Assembly: GCA_035362275.1 (NCBI GenBank)
Contig: DAOSDI010000001.1
Coordinates: 22,777 to 86,776 of the forward strand
DNA from: Candidatus Pacearchaeota archaeon
Lineage (GTDB): Bacteria; Patescibacteriota; Minisyncoccia; Minisyncoccales; UBA5738
Length of the DNA: 64,000 bases
Direction: 5' to 3'
Shown: positions 40,761-49,398 of the stretch, in pieces
How positions within the stretch are numbered: position 1 is the stretch's first letter
Layout of the letters: each line of letters opens with the position of its first letter
The notes under the pieces: model-generated
Seen by the model: only the letters and a program-made list of their open reading frames with translations
Database searches by the model: none
What the model was told of the DNA's origin: nothing
Translations under genes and position numbers: made by a program

Positions 40761-42145
40761 GATTGATCAAATTGCGTTTCCGCATCGTTCGCCAGCGAAA
40801 CAAATGCTTCCAAGATTTTTGAATCCGCCCTTTTAATATTTTTGGTTTCCAATACCAAAAGAATTTCACTAATAATTTTATCAATCGTTGGATTGTTCCA
40901 CTTTTTTTGGTTCCTATTTGCCTTATTTTTGTAATCAGCTAATGATTCAAACGCAACGCGGATACATCTGGTTGCATTTTTCTTTTTATTTGCGCTTGAT
41001 AACTCCTTGGGAATAATTTTCCCAGGGCCGGCTTTGGGATCAAATTCTTCAAATTTATAATCCCAAAATGAGTATTCAGGATGCAAAAAACACTTAAGAT
41101 AGTCATCAAAACCAGCCTCGCTAATCATTGAGAAGATGATCAGAATGTGATGAAGATTAGTTCTCATCAATTTGCTGAGCAGGAGAGCATCATCCTCTGT
41201 TTGAACTTTATTCTTTAATCTATCCCAAATTGATTTAGAGTGCCAAGAAATAACAATTTCGCCTGATTTCTCATCAGCTATGAGCTGCTTAACGTCGGAA
41301 AGCGTAATTCTGTTATTCTTTTTACTATTACAGTTTTTGCAAAGTGGATTAAACTTGGGACGATGTGTAAATCCTAGCGATATTGGGCCTATGTGATCTG
41401 CCGTCATTTTTCTTTCCTTGCCGCAATCTGGACATTTCATTAACGGAGCATACCCCTGATATTCGCCCATTAGGCGATTAGACAGATTCCAATTCCCATC
41501 AGCCCAATTCTCATACGCTCTACGATCTTGCGTGTACCGAGAAAGATTAGCTTTTAGCCGCCCTGTGTCTTCCTTGCTTCTGCAGCAACCATTGTAAGTA
41601 TGGAAACCATCAAGCCGATCTGGCGGATTGCTCATTACTCCCGGGCTAAGCCTAGATTGCCGGTTATTTTCAATAAAAGAAAGGATATCTTTATCATCAA
41701 CGTTAGCTGGTATATTAAATATTTTCCTTATTTTTGCATAACTATCCTTTGAGGTTTTATTAAGACGGCCAATTGTCTGACCTATGGTTTCTTGGTATGG
41801 TTTTAGCTTTAATTTTGAAAAAGCAGAATTAATCTTTTTAAGCGTATTTTTATTTGGATAAACATAGAAAATGCTTAATTTTTTTCCACAAATTTGGCAC
41901 GGTTTAAAACCGTGAAGTTCTTTCGGGTGTATGGCACGCGCAACGTCCGCTCGGTCATTAACGCCTAGTTCTTTTATCTTGCTATCCCACCATTTTGCAC
42001 GTTGCTTATCTGACGGAGAAACCCATTTAATCTTTCCGTTGCCGTTAAACTTATTCGGCATTGAGGCATAGTTTGGATGAGAAACTATTATCTTCATGTA
42101 GCCGGCAAATTTCCGATCCCAAGTCCGTTTAATTCTTTTAGCCAT
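40757..42145 (-). CDS. Type IIS restriction endonuclease, Alw26I/Eco31I/Esp3I family
   Basis: HPNY..MP, SPGVMSNPPDRLDGFHTYN, DRRAYE, HNH-like ADHIGPISLGF..CNSKKNNR. Confidence 0.85.
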   Translation of the reverse strand: MAKRIKRTWDRKFAGYMKIIVSHPNYASMPNKFNGNGKIKWVSPSDKQRAKWWDSKIKELGVNDRADVARAIHPKELHGFKPCQICGKKLSIFYVYPNKNTLKKINSAFSKLKLKPYQETIGQTIGRLNKTSKDSYAKIRKIFNIPANVDDKDILSFIENNRQSRLSPGVMSNPPDRLDGFHTYNGCCRSKEDTGRLKANLSRYTQDRRAYENWADGNWNLSNRLMGEYQGYAPLMKCPDCGKERKMTADHIGPISLGFTHRPKFNPLCKNCNSKKNNRITLSDVKQLIADEKSGEIVISWHSKSIWDRLKNKVQTEDDALLLSKLMRTNLHHILIIFSMISEAGFDDYLKCFLHPEYSFWDYKFEEFDPKAGPGKIIPKELSSANKKKNATRCIRVAFESLADYKNKANRNQKKWNNPTIDKIISEILLVLETKNIKRADSKILEAFVSLANDAETQFDQS

Positions 42146-42148
42146 ATC

Positions 42149-42370
42149 TTATTCGATAAAAAAACTTAGATCCTTTTTATAAACCTTTGCAAAATCTTTG
42201 AGCTGAATTATATCAATCTTTCTTTGACCAGCTTCAATTTTCGAAACGTAAGATTGAGATTTCCCAATCAATTTTGCAACTTCGGCTTGGTCTAGATCGG
42301 CCTGAGCACGAGCTTGTTTCAACCTCCCTATTATTAATAAGTGATCTTTTGAATAAATAGTTTTCCCCAT
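42149..42370 (-). CDS. XRE-family HTH, probable RM controller (C) protein
   Basis: LKQAR..QAEVA..SQSYVSKIEAGQR; 3 nt upstream of the REase. Confidence 0.85.
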   Translation of the reverse strand: MGKTIYSKDHLLIIGRLKQARAQADLDQAEVAKLIGKSQSYVSKIEAGQRKIDIIQLKDFAKVYKKDLSFFIE

Positions 42371-42394
42371 ATTTAGCATTTGTTATATATATGA

Positions 42395-42430
42395 TATATT
42401 CCATATTGTAATATTCCAAAATGGAATATA
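42395..42430. promoter_or_regulatory. Candidate C-box operator
   Basis: TATATTCCA...TGGAATATA inverted repeat with a second ATATTCCA upstream of the HTH gene. Confidence 0.5.
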
Positions 42431-42936
42431 GATATGCTTTTATACTTTATTTGACTATCATTACATTTATAAAAAAGCGAAGCCTGCTGGCTTCGATTTA
42501 TATATTTTAAATGCAAAATTATCCCCTTTTACCCCCCCACCTTGCGGCCAAAATGCGTTGGCCTGAGCCCAATTCGAGCCCGGCTGCCCCTTTGCGGGCG
42601 GAGTTTTTTGGCGCGCAAAAATGTTATGTTTAAATATAACATAAATATAACATTTTTATTTTCTTGAATAACCACATTCAACCTTGAAGCGCAGTCTTTG
42701 TCCGCAACACTTACTTTTTGAGATCAGGTAAACGAGCGAACAATTGACTAAAAGCAAATAATCCGATATAATAGCAATATGTTAATTATGATAATGTCAA
42801 ATTCGCGAGAGCCCATTGCGCAAACTGCTTGCGGGCCTTTTGTATTGTCATAATTTTTTTCATTTGGAATAAAATAATTTTGGCAATACGCCCCGCAAGC
42901 GGGGTTTTTGTTTTGCGTAAAATTAATTATTCTACT

Positions 42937-43352
42937 ATGAAATCCAAAAACAACTCGATTTTTCATCTAACGAGGCATCGTTCAGATGTCTCAATTGCCA
43001 TGAAATCATCTCAAACCAAGCATGGGGCACCAGCCATCGCAACCACTGCCCATTATGTCTTTGGTGCAAACATGTAGACTTGAAAACTCCGGGAGACCGG
43101 CGTTCCGAGTGCCAGGCAAGAATGAAACCGATTGGTTTAACAACAAAGACTAAGGGAGAATTAGCTATCGTTCACGAGTGTTTGAAATGCGGCAGATTAT
43201 CTTCAAATCGCATCGCCGGAGACGACGATCCGTATTCAATACTCTCCTTGCTTGATTTGCCGGTCCAAAACCGAAGAATTCCGATGCTGGCTCTGGAAGA
43301 CCGGGAGCAAGTATTAACAGCTTTGTTCGGTTATAATCATCCGGATATATAA
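42937..43352 (+). pseudogene. RNHCP-domain protein, frameshifted near its start
   Basis: Frame from 42951 reads FRCLNC..HRNHCPLCLWCKHVD..PGDR..C..M.PI; the ATG at 42937 is in frame only if A5 (42946-50) is A6. Confidence 0.8.
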
Positions 43353-43550
43353 CCAAGAAAAACCCACGAAAGTGGGTTTTTCTTTTGTTTTTTTTAAATC
43401 CAATTACCGCCGAGAATCGGTCGCCTGATTTAGCATAGGCATGCTGGCCGTCTGGGACGAAGTTGGTCGCGTAAAACTCGCTATGCTTGCCACGCGACTC
43501 GCGTAAAATATTACTTGAATTATATGAAATAAGTACTTCAAATGCCCGGC

Positions 43551-43596
43551 TGTTAAGCCGCGTGATGAGGAGTATGGCGACGAATTTTACGCGGCT
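43551..43596. repeat. 46-bp hairpin repeat, left copy (identical to 48479-48524)
   Basis: TGTTAAGCCGCGTGATGAGGAGTATGGCGACGAATTTTACGCGGCT. Confidence 0.95.
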
Positions 43597-43709
43597 ACGG
43601 GCATTATGTAGCGTTAGAACCGCTATTCAACTAGACAATAACACAAATAAATTTTATAAAATAAAGGCGGTTTGATATTATCTCACCGCAACGAATTGAT
43701 ATATTGGCT

Positions 43710-43865
43710 TTAAAGTCGTGTTGGTAGCTTGTCCCACCAATTGCATCCGGCTTGTGGCACAGAAGTATAACCCCAGTAGGTATCATTACCTTCAGCTGGA
43801 ACGGCAGGAATAAGCCAGCCGATTTGGTCACCTTCACCTTTTTTCATCATTTTTCCTGACACCAT
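43710..43865 (-). CDS. 51-aa Trp-rich ORF or gene remnant (absent from ORF track)
   Basis: MVSGKMMKKGEGDQIGWLIPAVPAEGNDTYWGYTSVPQAGCNWWDKLPTRL, 10 nt after pheT stop. Confidence 0.5.
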   Translation of the reverse strand: MVSGKMMKKGEGDQIGWLIPAVPAEGNDTYWGYTSVPQAGCNWWDKLPTRL

Positions 43866-43875
43866 TTTTCTTACA

Positions 43876-45852
43876 TTATGACTGTTTCACCAATTCCATG
43901 TGGATTTTTTTTGCTTCCGGATCGGTTAATCCAACATACGAAATCCTAATAGTATATTTGATTTTATCTCCAGTACCAAAAGAATCTTTTATCTGTATGC
44001 TCCAAATTTTATCATTGCCGATCCTGTTCTTTATCGATTGAATATACTCATCCGGATTATCGTTAATTCCCAGTTCCACATTAATATCCAAAGGTACAAG
44101 TTTATTAGATAGCTCAACCACCGGATTCACCCCCCCGCCTTTTATCCCCAAAAGTTCATCAACATTTATTTCTGCGAAATAAGCATTCTTCGACGCAATA
44201 ACTTCCGGTTTTAATTTATAAATGACCCCGCATTTCTTCCCATTAACTTCAATCATCCAACAATTATGTCGGTTACTCACTTCCGGAATAATTTCCGGCT
44301 GCCTGTAAATTATATCCGTACGGCCCAACATCCGCACCACCCTCTCAACACTTGATTTAAATGAATCTAAAACCTTCCCATCACCGCAAACAAATAATCC
44401 TAAGCTTTCAAATTCGTGGAATCCTCCGTTGCTTTTACCAAAAACCTTCCCAATCTCAAATAAATTAATAATTTCGATATTCTTTTTTAAATACTCGCGC
44501 GCTTGCCGTAAAAGCCCGTTCAATAATGTCTGCCTCAATTCCGGATGATTCTCGTTTATGGCGTTCTCTGTTTCAATTGCTTCCCATGGTAAATAATTTG
44601 CTTTTTTGCTTTCGCCTCTTTCTGTTAACGGCAATGATAATATCTCGTCAAAACCGCAAGAACTCAAAATTTCCTGGATTTTTTGCGAAGCCAAAATACG
44701 TTTTGGCGTAATATCCGGGACAACTTCAAACAACGGCGGTTTATTAACGGGAATTTTATTGTATCCGTAAATCCTGATTACTTCTTCGTACAAATCCTGC
44801 GGATATGACAAATCGGTCCTATATGAAGGACAAACTACCGAATGAATATTATTTTCGCCGGTTTCTTCAACTTCAAATTCAAGCCTCTTCAATATATCCA
44901 ATCCAACCACAGGTGCAATTTCTATGCCTGCGTAAATTGTTGGCATCGTCACGTCAAACTTAATTGACTTGTTTACCTTTTTTATTGGATAATATTCGAA
45001 AATTTGCGAAACTAATTCGCCGCCACAAATATCTTTCAGCATACCTATCATCAAATCCATTGCGAATTCGGCTCCTTCCGTATCAAGATCTTTCTCCAAA
45101 CGATTACTTGCTTCGGTTGTAAGCTTTGTACTTCGCGAATCGCGCCTTATAGCCGCACCATTATAAACGGCCATCTCCGCTACAATATCGGTTGTATTTA
45201 AATCAATGGCCGCCGCCTGCCCTCCAATAATACCTGCCAGCGCTAAAATTTTCTCATCATCCCTGATTACCAATTCATTCTTCTGCAGTAGCTCAATTGC
45301 TGAACCATCCAAAGTGGTAATTTTTTCATTTTTCCGAGCATTTGACCATCTCAAAGTTCCATTCAATTTTTTGTTATCCAGCAAATGCGAAGGATAACCT
45401 GTAAAAATCATTATGTAATTTGAAATATCAACAAGCGCATTCTTGCTATTTATATCGTAAACTTCCAGAAATTCCTGAAGCCATTGCGGCGATTGCTGGT
45501 TTCTAACTCCTGACATCCGCAAGGCAATAATTCTTTTAATCCCGTTATTTTTTGCCTCAATTTTGATCGGTAAAACCGGCAATCCCTGCCTACCTTCAAC
45601 TTTTCTCCCGGATAAAATCATCTTTAACCCATAATAAGCAGCTACTTCCCGCGCAATTCCCAAAACTGAAAAACAATCCGCCCGATTTTGCCGTATTTCA
45701 AAACTTAAAAGATAATCTCTTTTGCCCTGATATTCTATTTCTTTAAAATCATCCATCATAAAACCGCAAAATGTCATCGCTTCGCCGATTTCTTTTGGTT
45801 TTGCTTTTAATCCCGGAATCAATTGTAATAATTGGCTATAAATTACTTTCAT
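43876..45852 (-). CDS. pheT: Phenylalanine--tRNA ligase beta subunit, divergent (no B2 OB domain)
   Basis: NRADCFSVLGIARE, LALAGIIGG, PSYRTDL..DLYEEVIRIYGY, LRQTLL, LFEIGKVF. Confidence 0.88.
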   Translation of the reverse strand: MKVIYSQLLQLIPGLKAKPKEIGEAMTFCGFMMDDFKEIEYQGKRDYLLSFEIRQNRADCFSVLGIAREVAAYYGLKMILSGRKVEGRQGLPVLPIKIEAKNNGIKRIIALRMSGVRNQQSPQWLQEFLEVYDINSKNALVDISNYIMIFTGYPSHLLDNKKLNGTLRWSNARKNEKITTLDGSAIELLQKNELVIRDDEKILALAGIIGGQAAAIDLNTTDIVAEMAVYNGAAIRRDSRSTKLTTEASNRLEKDLDTEGAEFAMDLMIGMLKDICGGELVSQIFEYYPIKKVNKSIKFDVTMPTIYAGIEIAPVVGLDILKRLEFEVEETGENNIHSVVCPSYRTDLSYPQDLYEEVIRIYGYNKIPVNKPPLFEVVPDITPKRILASQKIQEILSSCGFDEILSLPLTERGESKKANYLPWEAIETENAINENHPELRQTLLNGLLRQAREYLKKNIEIINLFEIGKVFGKSNGGFHEFESLGLFVCGDGKVLDSFKSSVERVVRMLGRTDIIYRQPEIIPEVSNRHNCWMIEVNGKKCGVIYKLKPEVIASKNAYFAEINVDELLGIKGGGVNPVVELSNKLVPLDINVELGINDNPDEYIQSIKNRIGNDKIWSIQIKDSFGTGDKIKYTIRISYVGLTDPEAKKIHMELVKQS

Positions 45853-46870
45853 ATTCGTAATATTTGTAACCTAGATTGCCCCCTAAGAGAGTTCTGATAT
45901 CGGTAATATTGTATTTGGCCATCACCCATCTGTCCAAACCCAGCCCAAACGCAAATCCCATCCACTTGCCATTGTCGATTCCTGCCATTTCCATCACGCG
46001 CGGATGGATTATTCCTGCACCGCCCATCTCAATCCAGCCAATCCCTTTGCACAATGGGCATCCCCTGCCTTTGCAATTAAAACACTGCATATCCGGCCCA
46101 ACTCCCGGTTCAACCTCCGGATAGTATTTATTTCTGTACCTAGTCACCACGTCCCTGCCATACATCTTCTCGAAAATCATGTTCAAGGTACCGAATAAAT
46201 CTTTCAAGCTTAATCTTTCCAATACTGCGACTCCCTGATAATGATGAAAAATGAAATGATTGCTTTTGTTTACTTTTTCATTCCTGTAAACCCTGCCTGG
46301 TGAAACAATCTTAAAGGGCGGTTTATAATTTGCTAACGTTCTTGATTCGATTGAGGACGTCTGGGTTCTCAGCAAAATATTCGGTTCTTTAATATATATT
46401 GTATCCTGCATTCCCCGGGCCGGATGATCGTCCGGCACATTCAATCTTTTGAAGCAATATTCGTCTTCCTCAATCTCCCGTCCATCCATTATGCTGTAAC
46501 CCATCGACGTAAAAATCGCATTCATCTCATTGATTGTGTTGGTAATCGGATGCAAATGGCCGATCTTGGGAATTTTATATTCAAACCGTTCCGCGTCCTG
46601 GACCAATATCTTTTCCTGTACCGCCTGGCCGTTTTTGGAAAACCGAGCCTCCGCCTCTTGCACCCGACATTCAATGTCCCGAACATAGGCGTTTATTTCC
46701 TGCCCTATCCTTTTTCTTTCCTCCGACTCAAGATCCTTCATCTGGCTGAATATGCCGCTAATTTTTCCCTTCTTGCCTAAATATTGCGCCGAAAAAGCCT
46801 TCAGATCCTGAAGGCCGTTAATCTTATTTAGATCGGCTTCAACTTCCTGTTTTAATTCCGATAAATTCAT
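45836..46870 (-). CDS. pheS: Phenylalanine--tRNA ligase alpha subunit, divergent active site
   Basis: YLGKKG, GHLHP, HPAR.MQDT, LLRTQTS, PGRVYR, GFAFGLG; but YPE replaces FPF. Confidence 0.88.
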   Translation of the reverse strand: MNLSELKQEVEADLNKINGLQDLKAFSAQYLGKKGKISGIFSQMKDLESEERKRIGQEINAYVRDIECRVQEAEARFSKNGQAVQEKILVQDAERFEYKIPKIGHLHPITNTINEMNAIFTSMGYSIMDGREIEEDEYCFKRLNVPDDHPARGMQDTIYIKEPNILLRTQTSSIESRTLANYKPPFKIVSPGRVYRNEKVNKSNHFIFHHYQGVAVLERLSLKDLFGTLNMIFEKMYGRDVVTRYRNKYYPEVEPGVGPDMQCFNCKGRGCPLCKGIGWIEMGGAGIIHPRVMEMAGIDNGKWMGFAFGLGLDRWVMAKYNITDIRTLLGGNLGYKYYEYESNL

Positions 46871-47009
46871 AAATCAAAATCAACAAAAAATAATATCAGA
46901 TACAGCGAGTCCGGCATTAATTCTACCCGATTTAAGCAAATAATCAAGATTGACTGACCGCAAACTGACTCAAACGCCCAATAATTATGGGCCGGCTTCT
47001 TTTTGGATA

Positions 47010-48433
47010 TCAAATCTTTGAGTTTATTTCATTGATTGCAGATTCTCCAAGGTCTGCGAGCAATTCAAGGCAATGGAAATAACGATCTTCCAGTGAAAAC
47101 CCGTTTGTAAATCCTAGTTTTGAATCCAGATATTCAAGGCTCAACCCCTCATTCCTTAATTCTAAATATTTTTTAAAACTAACAGAAACAAGAACCTTGG
47201 CCAACATCAAATCATTCTCCGTAAGATTTGACGAATTCAGATAAAGCTCAGTAAGTCTTTGGACATAAGTCGCAATGCCTTTTTCCCAGGAATAGACCAA
47301 ACTTGAAAAAGATTTTGGCAAAAAATCGATGTTGTCATTTGCTCTCAAATCACCTTGTTCAAAAAAATATACGCGCTTTACTTCATTAACATCGGGATTC
47401 TTGATAAGAAAAGCCAAAGTTTCAAAATATTCATCCGGTGTTACATTTGAAAACGCCGCCGCATTTGTTTTGATCATCGTCAATGCTTCGACAAAAGTGT
47501 TAGCCGAAAAATAACTTTTTACGCTTGCTATGCTGGCTTGTCGGCCAATTAAAGTACTTATAAGTGCGGAATCTTCATCTTCTATAGTATTTTGCTGTTT
47601 TTCTGTTGCTTTTGCGCCAGTTTCTGCAAACGATTTTCCTACAAAATTTAGAACGATATAAGTTGCCTCCAATAAGGGCAGATTATCTTGCTGATGACAT
47701 TCTTTATCCCCATTTTTAAAATTATAAATGAATTCAACGGCATCTTTGACTTTTTTTGAAACCGATCCTTCATTCATAAAAAAATTGTAACTTTTTTGCC
47801 GGTTAGCGGTCATTCCATTGCGCAAATAGTAATAATGGATAAGGGGTGTGAGACCAAAATATATCGCTACTTCTTTTATTGATGCAGATGTGGTCTCGTT
47901 GGCGGGGTCAAAAACATTTAGCAGTCGGTAAAAATTTTCCTTAAGCCATCCAATACCGCCAGCCCGATAAAGAAAATCATGCCCAGGGATTGATCTTTCC
48001 TGGTAAGTCAGCCGTCCCGATAAAGTTTCGGAATTATTAAACATATTTGAAGCAAGAATATGATTTGGACATATTCTTTTCATGTAATCAAGTCGATTTA
48101 AAAGTGTGCCGTGAAAACCAATGTTAATTTTTTTCGAGGCACCATTTTCCATGGCTTGTCCTTAATGCAATAATCAATTGCAGTATCCTTATTCTCTAAA
48201 CTTTCTGCTATTTTTCGAAATATTTCTTTAATCGCATCAAGATCTTTTTTGTTTAAAAAACTTTTATTTACATAAAAATGAATGTCGAAGTCCTGGTATT
48301 CTTTATTTTTAAAATTTTGGTTGTTCGCGGAACTTCCAATACAAAAAACCGCCTCGAGGCTTGGAATGTATTTTTTTAACGCCCATCCTTCCTCTGCAAA
48401 TCGGTGTTTAACGGACGAAATTATTTTTTCCAT
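47010..48433 (-). CDS. Pol-beta-superfamily nucleotidyltransferase-like protein, split by a -1 frameshift at A7
   Basis: IGSS..QDFDIH motif in 48098-48433; joins ORF 47010-48152 through CGA AAA AAA TT (48128-48134) to give about 474 aa. Confidence 0.6.
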
Positions 48434-48478
48434 ACAATTTATTTATCAATTTAAAAAAAGAAACTGCTATGCGCTCCA

Positions 48479-48545
48479 TGTTAAGCCGCGTGATGAGGAG
48501 TATGGCGACGAATTTTACGCGGCTGGCCGTCCGGGACGAAGTTGG
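48479..48545. repeat. 46-bp hairpin repeat, right copy, plus a 24-bp motif shared with 43443-43466
   Basis: Exact 46-mer followed by GCTGGCCGTCCGGGACGAAGTTGG (23/24 match to the left copy). Confidence 0.95.
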
Positions 48546-48596
48546 AACGGCACTGCTATTGCAATTTTGAATTAAAATAAAAAAAGCTCCATTAAT

Positions 48597-48980
48597 TTAC
48601 GCTTTGTTCAGCGTACTTTCGCAACCTGAACATATCCTCGCGGTTGGAAATGCCGCCAGCCTCTCGGCGGGAATATCGCGGTCGCAATTTTCGCATTTTC
48701 CATATGTACCGTTCGCGATCTTGCCAAGCGCCACGTTGATATCGGATAATTTTTGTGCCAAGATCTTTGCGACAGCCAATTGCTTTCCGTATTCTTCGGA
48801 TTCGTCAGTTTTAGTTTCACGAGCTTCATGGCCCGTCTCGCTACCGCTGGAAGTGAACTTGCTTTGCCACTCGCTTGGATTTTTCTTGCTTTGGACGGCG
48901 ATTTTTGCCAGCTGGCTTGAAATTTGCCGCTTTTCGTTTTCGAGTTCGGACTTATATTTTTCCAACAATTGTTTTTCCAT
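48597..48980 (-). CDS. DksA/TraR C4 zinc-finger protein
   Basis: AL.KI..GTYGKCENC..I..ERL.A.P.A..C..C. Confidence 0.9.
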   Translation of the reverse strand: MEKQLLEKYKSELENEKRQISSQLAKIAVQSKKNPSEWQSKFTSSGSETGHEARETKTDESEEYGKQLAVAKILAQKLSDINVALGKIANGTYGKCENCDRDIPAERLAAFPTARICSGCESTLNKA

Positions 48981-49066
48981 TTTTTATATTTTAAAGTTTA
49001 AGTTTGTTAACATATACATCTTAACACAAAAACCGCTAATTCCTAAGCGGTTTTGCTAAAATTCCT

Positions 49067-49140
49067 TGGCTGCCGGACCTGGATTCGAACCAAGATAAAC
49101 GGAGTCAAAGTCCGTTGTCCTACCATTAGACGATCCGGCA
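49067..49140 (-). tRNA. tRNA-Gln(UUG)
   Basis: Cloverleaf; ACGGA-CTTTGAC-TCCGT; GGTTCGAATCC; encoded CCA. Confidence 0.95.
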
Positions 49141-49225
49141 ATTTTACAAAACGGGTTTATTATAGCGCAAAAACAATAAAAATCAATAAAAGCAACAAAA
49201 AAAATTGGCGTTTTCCGGATAGCGG

Positions 49226-49262
49226 ACATTCCAACATTATTGAGAATGTTGGAATGTTTATT
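49226..49262. repeat. Palindromic element, copy 2
   Basis: ACATTCCAACATTATTGAGAATGTTGGAATGTTTATT. Confidence 0.85.
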
Positions 49263-49398
49263 AACGACAGATGGTTTATTTTAATGTTCCGCAGAATATC
49301 AAAATGCTTTTTGGGGTGCAAACCAAAAATCAGGGGTTGAACCCCTGATTTTTGAATTTTACAATTCTTAAACGGTATTTTTTCGGTGCATCGCAAGA

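Noticed and set aside
33950-42560. Degenerate similarity between 33953-34025 and 42471-42553 (GAAGCC.GC.GGCTTC) as RM-module ends
   Set aside because: Too short and divergent to support att sites by eye
42610-42656. E. coli-like dif site (GGCGCGCAAAA...TTATGTTTAAAT)
   Set aside because: Spacer is 3 nt rather than 6; better explained as an AT-rich inverted repeat
43551-43596. TGATGAG...GACGAA resembling a hammerhead ribozyme core
   Set aside because: Core is GUGAUGA, not CUGANGA; no GAAA; stem II and the third helix do not form
43400-43625. Integron attC sites (GTTAAGC / CTAAC boxes)
   Set aside because: No correctly paired R''/R' boxes around the hairpin and no IntI in the window; kept only as a generic hairpin repeat
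49067-49140. tRNA-Gln as island attB with a duplicated 3' end
   Set aside because: No second copy of the tRNA 3' end found in the window
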